This document shows positions 36,885 to 47,034 of a stretch of 64,000 bases of DNA, piece by piece (positions within the stretch are counted from its first letter, which is position 1; every line of letters begins with the position of its first letter). The DNA lies in IMG/VR virus record IMGVR_UViG_3300011113_000805, positions 193,179 through 257,178 of that record; one strand, given 5' to 3'. The notes below the pieces were generated by a model that saw nothing but the letters and a program-made list of their open reading frames with translations, was not told the origin of the DNA and did not search any database. The position numbers were made by a program, and so were the translations under genes.

Positions 36885-37514
36885 CTATGCATAAACGATT
36901 AGATCAAGCTCGAGCAACGCATCAAGGGTAGATGTTTGTCCATCAGCACGTTTGTAAGCTTTAGACAAAGACGACTCAGGCCACATTTCTTCGGTACCAT
37001 ACATGTCATCTGACCATATTCTTGCGCTGGATTGCACACAGTCGTCTTCTGGGTCTTTTGTCCGAGGTGCCTCTATATCATCGAGTTGTTGTGACCTGAT
37101 ATCAGGCCTTTTGGCATGATAATAATCCCAGACACGATGTGCGTTATGAGATACATTTACACGGTCCGAGGTAAGTGGGTCAGGATTGACAAGGTCAATC
37201 ATAAGGTCATACATAAGTGGACCAAGACCATCAATGTATACATAAGATCCATCAATTGACCAAGCACCTAAACATGGATCATTTTCCTTGTGACAAGATA
37301 AAAATCCGGCTGTGGTATTATCATTTCGATAATATGCTCGGATTTCAATATACTCTGCCTGACGTCTATCTTTGATCTTAAATTTTATGCCTTTTCTTTG
37401 TGCATCACTTGGACTTAAAGCAGCCTCGGTTAGAAGATAAAACTCACGAATGAGTTGACGCAGTTTACGCTCTGCTAGTTTGATGTTGCATCTCAAGTTA
37501 GGGATATTTCTCAT
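36885..37514 (-). CDS. Leader-bearing GNAT-like protein (family G)
   Basis: ERKLRQLIRE..LLTE; GLGPLMYDLM. Confidence 0.6.
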   Translation of the reverse strand: MRNIPNLRCNIKLAERKLRQLIREFYLLTEAALSPSDAQRKGIKFKIKDRRQAEYIEIRAYYRNDNTTAGFLSCHKENDPCLGAWSIDGSYVYIDGLGPLMYDLMIDLVNPDPLTSDRVNVSHNAHRVWDYYHAKRPDIRSQQLDDIEAPRTKDPEDDCVQSSARIWSDDMYGTEEMWPESSLSKAYKRADGQTSTLDALLELDLIVYA

Positions 37515-37664
37515 GACTATTTTCCCTTGCCTGTAGTTTGAATAGCTTTTGTTTCTCAAACGTGGGATCTGTCGCATCTGAAGTGTACTGAAGCTCTTGT
37601 GTTCTTTTCGCAAATCCCGCAAAGTCCTCAAGTAGAATTTCATGAATCAGATTTCTAATAGTGT

Positions 37665-38444
37665 TCATGTGATTCTCACAATATACATGTGATCTAGCTT
37701 GATAGATCCAATGCTAATAACTTCTTGCTCACGTGTATAAATGCCTCCTATGCCACCAATGCCATACAATGACTTAGCATCTAAAAACTTATAACGGTTA
37801 TCAGCAGGTGATGCACAAAGAATTACGTTATACAAATGCTTTGAACCTGCAGGCATAGACCAATATCCTCTATTTGCAAATTCGGTGGCAATTTTAGCGC
37901 TGATTGTCCATGAAGACACAGGGCGATTATCCTTATTTGTGATCACGGTATTGGTGTCATATCGTTCAGCAATTTTTCTCAAATCTTCTGTGGTCTCGAT
38001 TTCAAATGAATCTTTTGCTTCAAGAGTCTCGACATCAGAAAACAGATTAGGTGGAAGCATTTTTCTTAATGTGTCGATTGATAGCAAAACACCTCTATAG
38101 ACAACGTCTTCCTCAGGTTCCTTAAAAACGTCTGAGTATTTTCCTTTTTTCAAGAAATCAGAAACGATGTTGGCATATTCAGAATTTTTTGTAAATGATT
38201 GGCTGCTTTCCGGATCGGAGAAGTGCATATACAAAGACCAAAAGAGTTTTTGTTCGAAATCCGTATTTGGTTCTTGCGGAGGACGTGGTAGAGGTGCCGG
38301 GGGCCCTTGACGCTGTGGAGAAAAAGCGTACCTCCCTAGTGGCTCATCAGCTGTCATATTGGCAAGAGCCTTTTCGTCTGATTCACTCTCAGCCAATAGG
38401 ATCTGACGTATAATATGACGAATGTTTTTCTCACTCATCATCAT
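37665..38444 (-). CDS. Leader-bearing R-S-E ADP-ribosyltransferase
   Basis: VYRG / SSWT / EQEV. Confidence 0.7.
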   Translation of the reverse strand: MMMSEKNIRHIIRQILLAESESDEKALANMTADEPLGRYAFSPQRQGPPAPLPRPPQEPNTDFEQKLFWSLYMHFSDPESSQSFTKNSEYANIVSDFLKKGKYSDVFKEPEEDVVYRGVLLSIDTLRKMLPPNLFSDVETLEAKDSFEIETTEDLRKIAERYDTNTVITNKDNRPVSSWTISAKIATEFANRGYWSMPAGSKHLYNVILCASPADNRYKFLDAKSLYGIGGIGGIYTREQEVISIGSIKLDHMYIVRIT

Positions 38445-39198
38445 AAGACTCCTCCTTTATTCTGCAGGCCAAAACACTATTGACCTGAATTGTTCCTGTC
38501 CCAATGACTTCTTCTTCATAATCATAGGAACTAATCTCTCTAAGACGATAAAGTCCTTCACAGTCTATAAATTTTCCTGGATTGTTTTCGATTTTGGCAC
38601 AGAAAACAATGCAAATATCATCTTCAACTGCATTCTTTAGGGAAAATTTGACTGCTGTAGAAAGCGCTTTAGTCCAAGATGTTGTATATTTCCCACCCCT
38701 GTTTGTGATATCAATTTTCATGTTAAGCTTTTTCATTCTCTTGCCAATGGCATCAAAATCACCATCGTAATTCATGCCACCAATTGTATTGGGTATGTTG
38801 ACAAAAGGAATTTTTTCAATGTCAATATTTGGCAAAACGCTCTTTATGCTTGAAGAACCTTCGAAATGAATTCCACGGTAAATTGTAGCTGCAGGTGGCT
38901 CCGCAAAGATATCAGAATAGAGGCCGACTCTAATGAATTCCTTGATTTGATTAACAGTTTCCTGAGGTATTGGCAAATTATTTCGAAAATGAGAAACTAA
39001 CTGTAAACGTAAGCCCTCTTCATCTGTCGTGTTTTGCTCATAGGGAGGTAATGGTGATCGTGCCCAATGACGATTCGATGCATCGGCAAATGCATACTTT
39101 CCAAGTGGGGCATCAATAGGTGCCTCTGGTTTGTAAGAGTCAACAGCTTCGGTCAAAAGAATATGACGTATAAGCTGTAGGATTGTGGAATCATTCAT
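38431..39198 (-). CDS. Leader-bearing R-S-E ADP-ribosyltransferase
   Basis: IYRG / TSWT / EEEV. Confidence 0.7.
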   Translation of the reverse strand: MNDSTILQLIRHILLTEAVDSYKPEAPIDAPLGKYAFADASNRHWARSPLPPYEQNTTDEEGLRLQLVSHFRNNLPIPQETVNQIKEFIRVGLYSDIFAEPPAATIYRGIHFEGSSSIKSVLPNIDIEKIPFVNIPNTIGGMNYDGDFDAIGKRMKKLNMKIDITNRGGKYTTSWTKALSTAVKFSLKNAVEDDICIVFCAKIENNPGKFIDCEGLYRLREISSYDYEEEVIGTGTIQVNSVLACRIKEESYDDE

Positions 39199-39223
39199 CG
39201 CATGTTTCCTTTTAATGGCTTGT

Positions 39224-39964
39224 TCATGAACTAATAATTTTCTTCGTGACAAATATCTTGTTCACTCGAATCGTATCTACGCCAATAATTTCCCGTTCAT
39301 CCTTAAATGGTTCGAAATCTCGAAGCCAATACAGGGGTGACATGTCAATAAACTTTAAAGGGTTCTCTTCCACATCAGCACACAAAATAACCGCATAACC
39401 ACTTTCACCTTGCGCCAAATTTAGTTTGTCTAAGTTTCGAATGGCAAATTTCTCAGCTATCTGCTTGCTTTTTGACCATGAGGACGAATATCTGGCTTCT
39501 GTATTTGTAATGTCAATATTGACATCAATTTCTATTTCTTTGTGAGGTGGCATGTTAAGTATTTGAGATGACTCTACATCAGCCGGCATCCATTTCATCA
39601 ATGAATTGCTGCTCACGGCTATACCTCGATGTGCTATGACAAATATTGAAGGTTCCGCAAAAATATCAGAATAGAGCCCATTACGAATGAACTCCATAAT
39701 TTGATTAGCGTATTGATAAGGAAGTGCATGTTTTCCAACTTCTGTGTGCAATTGCAATGCCCCCAATAGCTTCAATTCTGCGGCATTGTTTCTTTCCCAT
39801 GGTGGTTTAGGTCTTTGCAGTCTTTGGTGTAATCCACTGGGCAGATGTGTACCAGCAAATGCATATTTCCCAAGAGGTGCATCAGCAGATTCCTCAGGAT
39901 CATAAGGCGTAGCAGATTCAGCCAAAAGGATTTGATGCACAAGAGAACGGAGGTACGTCTTCAT
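39224..39964 (-). CDS. Leader-bearing R-S-E ADP-ribosyltransferase
   Basis: MKTYLRSLVHQILLAE; HRG / SSWS / EREI. Confidence 0.7.
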   Translation of the reverse strand: MKTYLRSLVHQILLAESATPYDPEESADAPLGKYAFAGTHLPSGLHQRLQRPKPPWERNNAAELKLLGALQLHTEVGKHALPYQYANQIMEFIRNGLYSDIFAEPSIFVIAHRGIAVSSNSLMKWMPADVESSQILNMPPHKEIEIDVNIDITNTEARYSSSWSKSKQIAEKFAIRNLDKLNLAQGESGYAVILCADVEENPLKFIDMSPLYWLRDFEPFKDEREIIGVDTIRVNKIFVTKKIISS

Positions 39965-40669
39965 TTAGACGACCCTTCTTACCGTAACAGCACTTGCTCG
40001 AATAGGTCCCAGACCGATCACTTCACTCTCAGATCGAAATTCTTCTTCAAAGTCAGCATCGAAATTGAGAATATAAAGTGGTTCTGCATCAATAAATCTG
40101 CCAGGGTTATCTACCGATTGCGCCTCAAAAACGACTGAATACATAGGGCCCCATCGGGATTTATGCTTCTCGGAAAACACGGATGCATCAATGGATGAGA
40201 ATCTATCAGTCACACTTCTTATCTGCGACCAAGACGATGCAAACCTATCCTTAAGCGGGGCAATGAGATAATTGCCGGTTCCTTTCCATGTCTCACCAAC
40301 ATCTAATGATGGCAGGTCAGGAACCATGCTCAATAGTTCGGGTGTGATTAGGCGCATTCCACGATAACAAGTTCCTTCAAAAGGATGAAAGACATCTTTG
40401 TAGATGCCTTTCTTAACAAAGTCAACGATTGCTTCACCATAAGCTTTCGTAAGAGGTCTCATTCCAAAAAAATGATCACGAATTGCACGTAAAAATGCAC
40501 TTTCCTTAGGATTGTTTTTCTCTAAAGGAGGTGGTTTCTGAATGCCTTGTCTCTGGGGTGAGAATGCATATTTGTCAAGAAGGGATCCCGCAGGAGCAGC
40601 TTCAATGTCACTCTCTAGAGACTCACATAAGATCTCCTTTATCAAAAGCCTTAAATCTCTTTCATTCAT
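39965..40669 (-). CDS. Leader-bearing R-S-E ADP-ribosyltransferase
   Basis: CYRG / SSWS / ESEV. Confidence 0.7.
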   Translation of the reverse strand: MNERDLRLLIKEILCESLESDIEAAPAGSLLDKYAFSPQRQGIQKPPPLEKNNPKESAFLRAIRDHFFGMRPLTKAYGEAIVDFVKKGIYKDVFHPFEGTCYRGMRLITPELLSMVPDLPSLDVGETWKGTGNYLIAPLKDRFASSWSQIRSVTDRFSSIDASVFSEKHKSRWGPMYSVVFEAQSVDNPGRFIDAEPLYILNFDADFEEEFRSESEVIGLGPIRASAVTVRRVV

Positions 40670-40756
40670 TATTGAACTATGCATATGCAACAACCCTTAG
40701 GCTTTACTATTTAGGTGGTGGCATGCAAAGCATTTAAAGATTGTGCCGAATGTAAA

Positions 40757-40915
40757 TTATCCGGAAATTCTACTACAAATGGCACATGAGTATTCGGTGG
40801 AACCAATCACAGGAATGATAGCATTCCACCCGCACTTATCACAATATTCCAAAGAACGCTGTTGCAAAAGAAGGTACTGCTTAAGCAATTGCTTGTACTT
40901 TTTCTTCCACTTCAT
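40757..40915 (-). CDS. Small Zn-ribbon protein (52 aa, below track cutoff)
   Basis: Hand translation: CDKCG...CAIC; ATGA overlap. Confidence 0.5.
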   Translation of the reverse strand: MKWKKKYKQLLKQYLLLQQRSLEYCDKCGWNAIIPVIGSTEYSCAICSRISG

Positions 40916-41370
40916 TCAAGATCACCATCATTTGAGGTATATGTTTCCATGCTCCATGGACCATTCCAATCTGGACCCATTTCAAAAATGGAATTAAATC
41001 GTGCCTTTTCGTCAAGAAATGATGGAGACTTGTACTTGTCGTTCATAGTATTGCACCACCACAAGTCGATATCATAGAAACAATATCCATCGGCGGTATT
41101 AATGATCGGCAAAGACAAGTACCTTCCAATAAAACGACCTTTTCTACCAGAATTAATGTTTGTCCATCGGTGCTTGAATGAGGAAATTGTGGTCCACGTA
41201 TCACGATAAACATTGTAGAATGGATCACCAATATTCAACATTCGAATATGCTTCATAAGCATATCATATGTCCTGTTGCTATAGGTGCATCCATCAACAT
41301 GATGGAATTTTACATACTTGTTAAGTTTATGAAGAGGTTGATCAGACCACCAAGCTTTACTAGTAGGCAT
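40912..41370 (-). CDS. Hypothetical protein
   Basis: ORF track. Confidence 0.55.
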   Translation of the reverse strand: MPTSKAWWSDQPLHKLNKYVKFHHVDGCTYSNRTYDMLMKHIRMLNIGDPFYNVYRDTWTTISSFKHRWTNINSGRKGRFIGRYLSLPIINTADGYCFYDIDLWWCNTMNDKYKSPSFLDEKARFNSIFEMGPDWNGPWSMETYTSNDGDLE

Positions 41371-41419
41371 TTATTCGTCCTGCCATATGTTCGTGGTTTC
41401 TCCTTAATTGTGCGAGTTC

Positions 41420-41689
41420 CTAAATGTTCTTTAGCAATTTCCTTGCTTCAGCGGAAGTTTGAAAACTTCCAACTGGTGTATCGACATATCCATAAACTGC
41501 CAGGATTTCCCCTCGCTTAGCGTAATGTGTAAGAGTCTTATTCTTTACACGATAAATAACACCATCTATCGAGTAGATCCCATCAGCTTTGGTTTTTGCC
41601 TTTTCGGCAAGTTTATCACGAATTTTATCTTCCTTAAGAAGATTCTCAACTTCTTCCTTAACTAAAGTTCTTAGTACAGATTCATTCAT
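41420..41689 (-). CDS. Leader-bearing hypothetical protein
   Basis: MNESVLRTLVKEEV..LLKE. Confidence 0.65.
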   Translation of the reverse strand: MNESVLRTLVKEEVENLLKEDKIRDKLAEKAKTKADGIYSIDGVIYRVKNKTLTHYAKRGEILAVYGYVDTPVGSFQTSAEARKLLKNI

Positions 41690-41730
41690 GTGCTTACCTC
41701 TCTCTGCATTATACTTATCATCATCAGGAT

Positions 41731-41904
41731 TTATAAGGGGCGAAGCTCGTGAAGTGGAATGTATAGGATCTTCCCGTCGACGAGAGTCGGGAATCGTGTG
41801 GTCGACCATGATGGGATGGGTCCCACGATCATGCCGATCTGTGGTGGTCCGGAAGAGTAGTATCCGCCGTGATCGATGATCTCGGCGAGGTCACCGGGCT
41901 TCAC
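41731..41904 (-). CDS. KPGDL-family small protein (57 aa)
   Basis: Hand translation: VKPGDLAEII...LVDG. Confidence 0.55.
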   Translation of the reverse strand: MKPGDLAEIIDHGGYYSSGPPQIGMIVGPIPSWSTTRFPTLVDGKILYIPLHELRPL

Positions 41905-42100
41905 TGATCACCTCCAACCGGTCCTCAGGCATGCGCCAGTGGGGACTCCCATTGACCATCAACCAGAAGTACCTCACATTTAGGTCGTTGAAGTCGTACG
42001 GTTCACGCGCCTCTCTGAGGATCAGGCCCACAAGTCCATCATAGCGATCGGGCTCATCATCCTCATCGGGAATCAGGCGGACGAGATCACCCGGCTTCAT
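41891..42100 (-). CDS. KPGDLV (KOW/SH3-like) small protein
   Basis: MKPGDLVRL. Confidence 0.65.
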   Translation of the reverse strand: MKPGDLVRLIPDEDDEPDRYDGLVGLILREAREPYDFNDLNVRYFWLMVNGSPHWRMPEDRLEVISEAR

Positions 42101-42371
42101 CGATCACCTCCACATTAGCCTCGTCCACCCAGACCCAGCGAGGTAAACCGTCGATCAGGAGGAGGGCAGCGTCCACGGACGGCTCGTTGGCGGCGGGAAG
42201 GGCGGAGGCGGTGGCTCGTAGACGGGCACTGGGGAAGTCGGCGGCGGAGTCCAAGATGAGGCAGATCCGACCTGGGCTCTTGTCCCAGCCTCTGCCATCA
42301 TACCAGAAGAGCTGGGATTTGATTTGAAGCAGGCCGCCCTTGTGGGCTTGAAGGGTCTCAAGAAGGGTCAT
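42087..42371 (-). CDS. Paralog family H protein
   Basis: AHKGGLL...RGWD...RICLILD...LLIDGLPRW. Confidence 0.7.
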   Translation of the reverse strand: MTLLETLQAHKGGLLQIKSQLFWYDGRGWDKSPGRICLILDSAADFPSARLRATASALPAANEPSVDAALLLIDGLPRWVWVDEANVEVIDEAG

Positions 42372-42762
42372 GTCCCATCCCTGCGAGGCACCCCTTCAAC
42401 CAAGAAAGCCATTCCGTTTCGCACCCGATGTGATCCGCTGGATTGATGATCGATGGGAATCCGGCCGACTGAAGGGTGGCCAGCATCTCCTCACGGACAC
42501 CCTCGAGGCCTGTGGTGGAGGTGATGATGACAGGAGTCCCGGAATACCACTCTTCAGCGACCCAGCGTGCCCACATCCTTCCGTCCTGATGAGGCATATC
42601 GTGATCGAGAAGGATCCCATCGAACTGTGTGCGGCCTTCGAGGATGAATGTTTCAGCAAACTCCGGGTCGCAGGTGATGATCCACCGGTGCTTCTCCCGG
42701 TCCAGCATTTGGGTGAACTCGTCATAGCGGGATGGACAATCATCGATGATAAGAAAACGCAT
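42358..42762 (-). CDS. Stand-alone receiver-like domain protein
   Basis: FLIIDD...ILLDHDMP..DG...PVIITS. Confidence 0.7.
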   Translation of the reverse strand: MRFLIIDDCPSRYDEFTQMLDREKHRWIITCDPEFAETFILEGRTQFDGILLDHDMPHQDGRMWARWVAEEWYSGTPVIITSTTGLEGVREEMLATLQSAGFPSIINPADHIGCETEWLSWLKGCLAGMGHDPS

Positions 42763-42814
42763 GTTAGGTCCTTTGTGTTTTACTATACCACATGGGCGGA
42801 TGGGTTGCATAGGT

Positions 42815-43048
42815 TCACGAGATCACCTCCGAGAAATCCTCGAGCTCTGCGTCGGTTCGCTCATCAATCAACCCATCCCGAAGGATCGACCAGAGGCGAA
42901 CATGTGATCCTCCATGAAGTCCCAACTGGATCGGCGTGACCATCCTGTGATCGAGGATGAGAAACACCTTTCCGTCCAACGATGAAAGACGCTTGTTCCA
43001 TCGGCGAAGCTGGCCCTTCTCGATCACTTTCCCTCCATCATTACACAC
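42815..43048 (-). CDS. Hypothetical protein
   Basis: IEKGQLRRW. Confidence 0.55.
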   Translation of the reverse strand: MCNDGGKVIEKGQLRRWNKRLSSLDGKVFLILDHRMVTPIQLGLHGGSHVRLWSILRDGLIDERTDAELEDFSEVIS

Positions 43049-43481
43049 AACTTGGGCAGTAATGCCACTCGAGCTAATCAGCTCCGTGTTCGCAGTGCGT
43101 TCCTTTCTTTATCCATCCCGACTGGGAGATCTAGGGGTGGTTTGATGCGGGCATCGCAAGAGTTGCATTGGATCTCGACCAAGATTCGCTTTTTGTTGTC
43201 TTCACGAACCGCATAGATTTTCACTTTCCCTCCATCTCAGCCTTCCGCTCCAGGATCCTCTCCCGCTTCTTCTTGAGTGACCGGATGTTGGAGCGGCACT
43301 CCTTCACATTGAGGAGGGCGCACCTCAGTCGGGATTCCTCCTCCCTCAAGTCGGCCTCGCAGACCTTCAGCATCGTGTTGATCTGCCAGGCATCGAGCGG
43401 GACCTTCCTCGAGGGAATTGTGGAATCGGAGGCTTGTTCCTAACGCCAGTTCTCGATGGTCTCCTGGTCAAAGTTGGGCAT
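43041..43481 (-). pseudogene. Two adjacent decayed genes (coiled-coil gene with in-frame TAG; Zn-ribbon gene with frameshift and TAG)
   Basis: Hand translation of 43221..43481 and 43041..43224. Confidence 0.5.
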
Positions 43482-43795
43482 TACTCCTCCAACCCGAGTA
43501 CCCGCATTGCCCGGCGCTTTCCACGAAGCCAGAACTCATTCGTCTCCTCCCAGTCGCCGCCCTCGTTGGTGTCATCGTTCTCGACGTACCAGCGGAGGCA
43601 CTCATTGATCTTCTTGAGCTCCTTGTCCCGCTCGTTCAGGAGGACATTGAGTCGACCGATCTCGGCGTAAAGTGAGGCCCATGCGGATTGTTCGGGCATC
43701 GGGATCGAATCGGGCAGGGGATTGATGCCCCAGTAAGTGTGATTCGGGCAGCTGACATTGTTTCCGGCGATTCCGCAACTGGGACAGGTGGTCAT
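43481..43795 (-). CDS. Hypothetical protein with Cys motif and coiled coil
   Basis: GGAG RBS; CPSC. Confidence 0.6.
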   Translation of the reverse strand: MTTCPSCGIAGNNVSCPNHTYWGINPLPDSIPMPEQSAWASLYAEIGRLNVLLNERDKELKKINECLRWYVENDDTNEGGDWEETNEFWLRGKRRAMRVLGLEE

Positions 43796-43804
43796 GGGTT
43801 CTCC

Positions 43805-44092
43805 TTAGTATCCAAAGATTCCAAAGATCAGATTCAATTGGCCAATCGAGCAGTCCTTATCGTGACCCTGATTGGTGTACCCCGAACAGCAGAAGTATGG
43901 ATCGTAGATTCGACCGTAACCCCCATCACGATTGTACTCGATGAAGGAAGGCATGTCACCAACGAGGACCTCGATCCTCTTAAGGAGTTCACGACACTGG
44001 GAATCGGTGAGGTCATCAATCTTCACGTTGTAGAACTCGGTGGTCATTCTTCCTCCTTTCCGTTGTCCAGGATTTCCAGGTCCTTCTCCCAT
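43805..44092 (-). CDS. Hypothetical protein
   Basis: ORF track; likely start MTTEF. Confidence 0.55.
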   Translation of the reverse strand: MGEGPGNPGQRKGGRMTTEFYNVKIDDLTDSQCRELLKRIEVLVGDMPSFIEYNRDGGYGRIYDPYFCCSGYTNQGHDKDCSIGQLNLIFGIFGY

Positions 44093-44304
44093 CCCCAGAA
44101 CGTGAAGTGCTCAAGCTCACCAGGTTCGAGGTAGTACTTTTCTACAGTGAGAAGCTCAATCTCGATCGATCCATGATTTTCCGGTGAAAGTGGACCGTCA
44201 TCCTCCCAGAGGCTGATGTCTCGAACGATGCCGGTCCAGCGGTCTCCCCTCTTGTAGAAGTAAGAACCCTTCTTCGGGGCGACAGTGTCTCCGACCTTGA
44301 TCAT
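44044..44304 (-). CDS. KOW/SH3-like small protein
   Basis: MIKVGDTV. Confidence 0.6.
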   Translation of the reverse strand: MIKVGDTVAPKKGSYFYKRGDRWTGIVRDISLWEDDGPLSPENHGSIEIELLTVEKYYLEPGELEHFTFWGWEKDLEILDNGKEEE

Positions 44305-44507
44305 TCCTCCTCCTTTACGACCTTGATCTCATTCTTGGGAACATTCAGGACCAGGCGCATGTACTTCTGTGCATCCTCGAGGTCGTAGAACATGGCGCGG
44401 GCGGTCGGTCCGTCCTCATCCTCGGTGATGATCCAGTAGACATCGGAGTCATCGCAGTTGTACACATCGACCGGGGCGCACTCGATGTAGGGATTCGTCA
44501 TCCTCAC
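44301..44507 (-). CDS. Hypothetical protein
   Basis: Coupled ORF. Confidence 0.55.
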   Translation of the reverse strand: MRMTNPYIECAPVDVYNCDDSDVYWIITEDEDGPTARAMFYDLEDAQKYMRLVLNVPKNEIKVVKEEE

Positions 44508-44701
44508 TCCAATTTCAGGGAGGCGTTAGGAAGGTGATGGACAAGGGTGTCCTTGGGGAAATGATGTAGGTTGCCGGACTGGAGGTTCACGGCGGTGTCC
44601 TCGGCATCGACCTTCATGAATGGGCCACCAAAGTTGAACACCTCACCAACCTCCAGGTCCACGAAACGGGTCTCACCGGTTTCCTTGCGATTGATCTTCA
44701 T
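44504..44701 (-). CDS. Hypothetical protein (paralog of 28081..28323)
   Basis: Motif similarity. Confidence 0.6.
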   Translation of the reverse strand: MKINRKETGETRFVDLEVGEVFNFGGPFMKVDAEDTAVNLQSGNLHHFPKDTLVHHLPNASLKLE

Positions 44702-47034
44702 TCATTCTCCTTTGTGTTATCATACCCACCGTCATCGGGATTTACAACCTGCAGGTTCTCCTTCGCCCAGGGCTGGAGTTCCCCGTCGATCAGGACCCAC
44801 CAGTCGCACCAGGAGTTGATGGGATGGCCATCCTCAAGGGAAACAGGTTCCATGATAATGCCATAGAGGCCTAGAATGCCTGCGTCGATCTCATAGCCTT
44901 CCTTAGCATTTACCGTGACAACAAGATCACCTGGTTTCATCAAAGACATTGATCACATCAATTAAGGTTATTGGAAAATAGGGATGACTTAAGACATAAT
45001 TCGGAAACTTGATTTTGATATCAAAGAATTCTATTGTGCCGCCGCGCTGATTACAAGAGATAACAATTCCAAATTGACCTTGAACATCATATGCTCTATC
45101 TGGACCGGGTACAAGACGAACAAGATCTCCAACATTTACCTTCATAGGGTTTCACCTTTAGCAAGGAGAGTAATAATCAGATACCGGTTTTCCTTGAACA
45201 TCTAACAACCAATCTGTTGGTGTCCACATGAGTTTGTCATGCATAAAAATTTGGGACCATTTGACCATTTGAAGACCGGATCCAGTAAAATATCGCTGTA
45301 CTTCAATGACCAGCATGGATTCTTGAGCATTACATGAATGCATCATTATTGAACCATCTTCAATGTCCAATTCATCATAGAGTGGTGTGCCCTTAACTAG
45401 AGTTACTAGGTCACATAGCTCCATCAATAATCTCCAAATGACGGTCATAAATGTCATATGACACACCATTAAACATTACAGTTGATCCCATTACATCTAT
45501 GCCTGGCGATATAAATGACTTCCAGCCACCGATAACGATTCCAATGGTATCTCGTTCTGGACTATCTGTTAGTAGTCGAAACTTATGCGGTCTATACCAG
45601 AATTTGTAATCCTCATTGGGGGCTGGCCTGAACCTAACAAGAGTCCCAACGGGAAGATGGCCTTTGATGAACCTATAGAGCCAATAATAGATTTCATGAA
45701 AAATTTTCATTGATAGTCGCTAAGTATTCCTCATCAACCCAGCCAATTTGCCCATTATGCAGGACTTGCACCATTTCATTGACCGCGTCCCACCCTTTAA
45801 GTAGAATACCAATCTCGCCGCGCTCCCAGCTCTTCTTTTGCTTAGCATACAATCCTGTCGGGATTCGATCATAAATGTAGACAGAAGTGATAGGAACCCT
45901 ATAGGTGATGTTCCACTTGCGGATTGTAACAAGATCGCCGGGTTTCATGTGATTGCCTTCGAATCTTTGCAAAAAGGCATAGACAAAATTCAATTTTCAT
46001 TGGCACGCTATGAAAGCGTAAGGCTCCATTCACATTTTATGCAATCACTTCGAAATTTTCATAAACTAATAGCACACCTAAACAACCATTAACACTAAGC
46101 CTTCCATGTCTTGTTAACTCAGGCTTGGCTGGGAAATAGAAAAATCCACGACCTGTGATACGCATACCATTGGGCATCACAATTCCATCCGGATAATCAT
46201 GATGATCCCAATCAATATCCATAAGAATTGCGAAATCATCTTTGACTATTCCCATATGTTCTAAATCATCAACAATAACTCTGACAAGATCGCCGGGTTT
46301 CATAGTGGTTCATGCTCGTCACTGTATACCCAATGAATAGCACCATTCACAAGAATTTGAGACCGGTCTCTCTTCGTAAATCCGCCAGATATTGAGCCCA
46401 TGAAAACTGCGACAGTTCCGATTGGAACCCAATTCTTGTGAAAGGAAGGTTCGAATTGACCCAATAAAACCTTGTCTTGGTTTTTGTAGGATACTAATTT
46501 GATAAGATCACCAGGTTTCATGAAACCACTCTAGAGCTGATGGGCTGATATCAAAAATTTCTCCGTTAATAACACAAGAAATAAGACCAAGTTCGGAATT
46601 AAACATATCACTTGAACGGCCTAATACAAGACAGATTGTTCCTGATTTTGTGCCTCGCACACCTAATGGATAACGAAGTGTAACCAGGTCACCAGCTCTT
46701 ACAGGCTGTGTGCAACCATATTGGGATTCAGTGGTCCAAAAGATAATCGGCGCATCGCTCATGTGATCACCTTAACACGACAATCAAATTTCCTAACTTT
46801 CCACCTGGGAATGCAATCAATCAAATTATTGTCAACTAGAACTGTGTAATAACGTCTTAACGACGAACCAGTGATTTTGATTATAAGTCCTGGAAACCAA
46901 TCTTGTTCTTCTGTAACCCAAACCCAGCAAATATCACCAGGGCTGATGTCTGTTTCATGATTGATTACATTCAAACTAAATGTGCTCGAGATGGTATTCA
47001 GATACCCAGATAATCTCACCTGTAGTAAAATCAA
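44698..47034 (-). other. Run of overlapping small KPGDLV/KOW-SH3-like genes (44698, 44927, 45158, 45411, 45694, 46037, 46300, 46508, 46759)
   Basis: Repeated (K/V/S)(P/V)GDL(V/I) motifs and a C-terminal hydrophobic-NG/DG turn. Confidence 0.6.

Noticed and set aside
43041-43481. Genome-wide TAG recoding
   Set aside because: Paralogs end with TAG or TAA at the same position, long genes have no internal TAG, and no CUA tRNA is present here
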